Below, piece after piece: positions 60,424 through 64,000 of a DNA stretch of 64,000 nucleotides. A model generated the notes under the pieces. That model was not told where the DNA came from. It saw only the letters and a list, made by a program, of their open reading frames with translations, and did not search any database. Origin of the DNA: Thermodesulfobacteriota bacterium. Lineage in GTDB: Bacteria > Desulfobacterota > Binatia > Bin18. Made by a program: the position numbers and the translations under genes. Position 1 is the stretch's first letter, and every line of letters begins with the position of its first letter. The stretch is taken from contig OZ219926.1 in the NCBI GenBank assembly GCA_964291405.2, forward strand, positions 2,880,001 through 2,944,000. The letters are read 5' to 3'.

Positions 60424-61308
60424 CTAGAGATTCGCCGCCGGTACCACAATCTGTTCGGCCAGTTTCTCAATATCGCTCTTGACGGCGTCCGCACTTTCGG
60501 GAAATCCCCCAACAATGATCTGATGCACGCCCAGGTCGCGGAACTGTTTGACCTCATCCAGGGTAATCGGCATGCCAATACCCGTGGAAACGGCATAGTG
60601 AAACTGACTGTGGTCGCGTCCGGCCGCTTCGGCATAGCCTTGCATCCGCTCGATATGCTCCTTGGCCGCTTCGGGTGTGACATTCACTCCAAACCAGCCA
60701 TCACCGACCTCTCCGACGCGCCGCAGAGCGGGTTTGCTCTCGCCCCCGAAAATAATCGGCGGATGCGGGGTCTGGACGGGCTTTGGGTAGGAGCGGACTT
60801 TAGGGAAGCTGCAAAACTCACCGCTGAATTCAGACTCTTCTTCGGTCCACAGCATTTTCATAACCTTGAGATACTCACGCGTGCGTTGCGCCCGGCGTTC
60901 CCAGGGGACGCCCACCGCGGTGAACTCTTCCGCCAGCCAGCCCACACCCACGCCGAAATCAAACCGTCCGCCCGACAGCTTATCCAAGCTGGCGACTTCT
61001 TTTGCGGTGACGACCGGATTGCGCTCGGGCACCAGACAAATGCCGGTTCCCAGGCGGATCGTTTTCGTTTGCGCGGCGGCATACGTCAACGCGGCAAATG
61101 GATCGAGAATATCGATCTGCGTGGTTGGCATGGGCAGTCGACCATCGGCTGAATACGGGTATTTCGAAGTGTACTGGTCGAGTAAAACCACATGTTCGGG
61201 TGCCCAGAGGGAATGAAAACCAGCTTGCTCAGCGGTCCGCGCCGTCACGCCGACCACCTCCGGGTCTGCACCCAGCCCAATACCAATCGCGAAATATCCA
61301 ACTTGCAT
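60424..61308 (-). CDS. LLM-class (putative F420-dependent) oxidoreductase
   Basis: EHVV, DPF, RNPVVTAK..LD.LSGGR..GVGVGW..EEF, PKPVQ. Confidence 0.9.
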   Translation of the reverse strand: MQVGYFAIGIGLGADPEVVGVTARTAEQAGFHSLWAPEHVVLLDQYTSKYPYSADGRLPMPTTQIDILDPFAALTYAAAQTKTIRLGTGICLVPERNPVVTAKEVASLDKLSGGRFDFGVGVGWLAEEFTAVGVPWERRAQRTREYLKVMKMLWTEEESEFSGEFCSFPKVRSYPKPVQTPHPPIIFGGESKPALRRVGEVGDGWFGVNVTPEAAKEHIERMQGYAEAAGRDHSQFHYAVSTGIGMPITLDEVKQFRDLGVHQIIVGGFPESADAVKSDIEKLAEQIVVPAANL

Positions 61309-61474
61309 ATCTGCTGTCCTCCTTTGTGAGATTCGAGCGCATGCTATACTAGGCCGCTCATTAGGCGCAAGGCGCGCGGCGATTGGCCTCTCAGATGAGT
61401 GTGGAGAGCAATATCTCCTTCCGGCATGGACTCTCAAATTCCGTGCCGGAGTCCCGCACTTCGTTTGTGACAGA

Positions 61475-63742
61475 GTGCTTTCGGCTATGCTCTCGACTCT
61501 CTCAAATGTTCACGCGCGTCCATCGAAACAATCGGATGATCGCCCGACTTCACGCGTCGGCCTGCGTCTGATCTCACTCGGTGTCTTCCTGCTGCTGGGA
61601 GCTGCCACGTTGCCGGCGCCAACACATGCTCAGGATTTCGGCAAACCTGACCCGGCAAAAGGGGTCACGCGGCTGAAAGATATCCTTGTGACCGCCCAAA
61701 AGCGGGAGCAACTGATCCAAGACGTACCGCTACCGATTACCGCCTTCGACGCTGACCAGCTTGAGACTCTCAAGGTCCGTGACCTGGGTGACCTGACGGT
61801 TGGTATCCCCAATGTAGGGCTTGATGAAATCGGTACGTCGCGCGGGACGGCAAATTTTTCAATACGCGGCCTGGGCATCAACAGTTCGATTCCAACGATT
61901 GACCCGACGGTCGGCGTGTTCGTTGATGGCGTGTATATGGGGACCAACGCCATGGTGCTGTACGACGCATTCGACCTTGAAGGTATAGAGGTGTTACGTG
62001 GCCCGCAGGGCGTCCTGTTTGGTCGCAACGTCATGGGCGGTGCCGTTCTGCTGAACACCAAGGCTCCGACCGACCAGTATGAAGCGCGGGTACGCAGTGC
62101 CGTGGAAGGCGGCGGGAAGGCCCCCAATATATATGTGTCGGGCACGCTCAACGCCCCGCTGACCGACACCCTGCGCGCCCGTTTCACGATATATTCCAAT
62201 CAGGATCAGGGCTGGTTCGAGAACGAATACGACGACCGGGCGTTCGGCGCGCAGGACACCATCATGCTGCGGCCGGTCCTCTCCTGGCAACCTCTGGACA
62301 CGTTGAGTCTGACAGTCCGCTACGAGTATCAAGACCGCGACGGCGATGGCGCCGCGGTCCAGAACACCGTCCGCTTCGACCGCCGGAGTCATGACTTCTC
62401 CGTCAACAACGATGGCTTCCTGGACACGAGGACTCACGTTTTGAGTACGAGACTGGACTGGGACGTACCGTTGGGCAACGGGACCGTGACCAATATCTTT
62501 GGCTGGCGGGACGTGCAGGCCGACGCCCTGAGCTCCGTGGATGAGTTGGCTTCTACGACAGCCCTGCGCAACTTGGAGACCCTGCTCCGGGCGGAACAGT
62601 TCAGCAACGAGCTGCGCTACACCGGTGTGTTTTTCGATCGCCTGCAACTGGTCACCGGGTTATACTATTTTACCAATGCGAGCGATTACCATGAGCGGCG
62701 TCAGTTGGCGGACGATCCCCCAGGCAGAGCCAGAGTGCAGAACGGTGGTGGCCTGTACGATGTGGACACGCTGGGGGTGTTCATAGCTGGGGACTACGAC
62801 CTGACCAACTGGTTGACGCTGAACACCGGGCTACGCTTCAGCTATGAGGAGAAGGAAGTCAACGTCACCACCATTGCCCTGGACCTGGCCACCTGCAATA
62901 TCGTGCACGGTCCGGCCTGCCCGAGCGATTTCAAGGACAAGGAGAGCTGGCATACCCTGTCACCCAAGGTTGGGCTGAGCTATCGATACAACGACACCTT
63001 GCTCTATGCCCACTGGACGCGCGGCTTTCGTTCCGGCGGCTATAATCTACGCAACACCCATCCCGATATCGGCCCCGGTCCCTTTGACGAAGAGCAGATT
63101 GACAACTACGAACTGGGTTTCAAAAGCACCATCGGCGGACGCGCCCGCCTCAGCGGTGCTCTTTTCTTCAGTCAGGTTGAAGACATGCAGCGCGAAGTCG
63201 CATTCGGCCTGCCTGACGGAGGCTTCGCCCAGGTGGTGCGCAACACCGCGGACACCGACATCTTCGGTCTTGAACTCGAAGGCTCTCTTGTGCTGACCCA
63301 AGACCTCATGCTGCGCGCTGCGATGGGCTATATTGACACGGAATATACCGAGGTGAAATTCGACCTGAACCGCGATGGCGAGGTGGACCGGAAAGACAAG
63401 GCCCTGGAGCCGCCGCGCGCGCCGACCTGGACGTATAGCCTGGGTTTGCTCCACACGCTGGATATCGGCAGCCGCTACCGGTTGGTCTCTCGGGTCAATT
63501 ACGCCTACCGGGATAAGGAATATAATATCGACAGCAATCTCGGTTTCAACCGACAGTTGAAAATGCTGAAGGCCGGCGTGGATCTGCATGTCAACGACGG
63601 CCAGTGGGTGGTCGGCCTGTACGGTAAGAATCTGCTGGGCCAGGTCAGGCACGGCATCAATGGGCTAGGGGGCGCCTTCTCACCGTTGTCAAAAGGCCAG
63701 GTATATGGCCTGGAACTGACCTATTATTTTACAAGCGGCTGA
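61475..63742 (+). CDS. TonB-dependent receptor (start uncertain)
   Basis: ILVTAQKRE, IRG, IEVLRGPQGVLFGRN, GFRSGG, YELGFK. Confidence 0.92.
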   Translation: MLSAMLSTLSNVHARPSKQSDDRPTSRVGLRLISLGVFLLLGAATLPAPTHAQDFGKPDPAKGVTRLKDILVTAQKREQLIQDVPLPITAFDADQLETLKVRDLGDLTVGIPNVGLDEIGTSRGTANFSIRGLGINSSIPTIDPTVGVFVDGVYMGTNAMVLYDAFDLEGIEVLRGPQGVLFGRNVMGGAVLLNTKAPTDQYEARVRSAVEGGGKAPNIYVSGTLNAPLTDTLRARFTIYSNQDQGWFENEYDDRAFGAQDTIMLRPVLSWQPLDTLSLTVRYEYQDRDGDGAAVQNTVRFDRRSHDFSVNNDGFLDTRTHVLSTRLDWDVPLGNGTVTNIFGWRDVQADALSSVDELASTTALRNLETLLRAEQFSNELRYTGVFFDRLQLVTGLYYFTNASDYHERRQLADDPPGRARVQNGGGLYDVDTLGVFIAGDYDLTNWLTLNTGLRFSYEEKEVNVTTIALDLATCNIVHGPACPSDFKDKESWHTLSPKVGLSYRYNDTLLYAHWTRGFRSGGYNLRNTHPDIGPGPFDEEQIDNYELGFKSTIGGRARLSGALFFSQVEDMQREVAFGLPDGGFAQVVRNTADTDIFGLELEGSLVLTQDLMLRAAMGYIDTEYTEVKFDLNRDGEVDRKDKALEPPRAPTWTYSLGLLHTLDIGSRYRLVSRVNYAYRDKEYNIDSNLGFNRQLKMLKAGVDLHVNDGQWVVGLYGKNLLGQVRHGINGLGGAFSPLSKGQVYGLELTYYFTSG

Positions 63743-63758
63743 TGGGGGTGTGGCGGTA

Positions 63759-64000
63759 GGTAGTAGTTCAGTTTGCATTTCTTTTTTCGCCGAGTTCGTC
63801 CCGCCCAGAGGTGCCGGTGCCCTTTCCTATAATTTTACTAGGGACAACCGGCCGGAGATGAGGTATGGAGAGGCCGGGAACATTGACAGGCAAGCTGCGC
63901 TTGGCTAGGCACTTTCGGATGCAAACAGCATGCATTATAGGAATAGTACAGAGAGGCTGTTGTTTGTCCTGGTCAGCATTTTTCAAACTGAGACACTACC
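63759..64000. mobile_element. MITE-like element of about 240 bp with terminal inverted repeats
   Basis: GGTAGTAGTTCAGTTTG ... CAAACTGAGACACTACC; non-coding interior. Confidence 0.55.

Overview
GC-rich bacterial chromosomal window. Gene content resembles Binatota/deltaproteobacteria-like organisms, but this is inference only. Core blocks are mobA (partial), purD/purH, thiSGE, tRNA-Thr(CGT), htpX/menA, an Opp/Dpp ABC operon, clpP, trxB, ffh-rpsP-khpA-rimM-trmD-rplS and a System I*-type ccm operon. Accessory patches lie between them: (i) a post-tRNA islet with several antitoxins whose toxins are truncated, a frameshifted SBD-HNH phosphorothioate-reader nuclease and a dnd-associated methyltransferase; (ii) a 640-bp intergenic region that appears to encode two divergent, terminator-bounded structured RNAs with mutually complementary blocks, the top candidate for an undescribed system; (iii) an AbiE-type pair; (iv) a DUF6754-like membrane-protein cluster; (v) an orphan CRISPR array with two repeat types, truncated at a 28-bp duplication and followed by a 23-bp-period repeat array in front of an AAA+/DUF4143-type gene whose nuclease motif is interrupted by a copy of that repeat. 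Several dispersed palindromic or MITE-like repeat families are present. Single-base frameshifts in oppD and ccmC suggest possible assembly errors. All family assignments come from motif recognition, not database searches.
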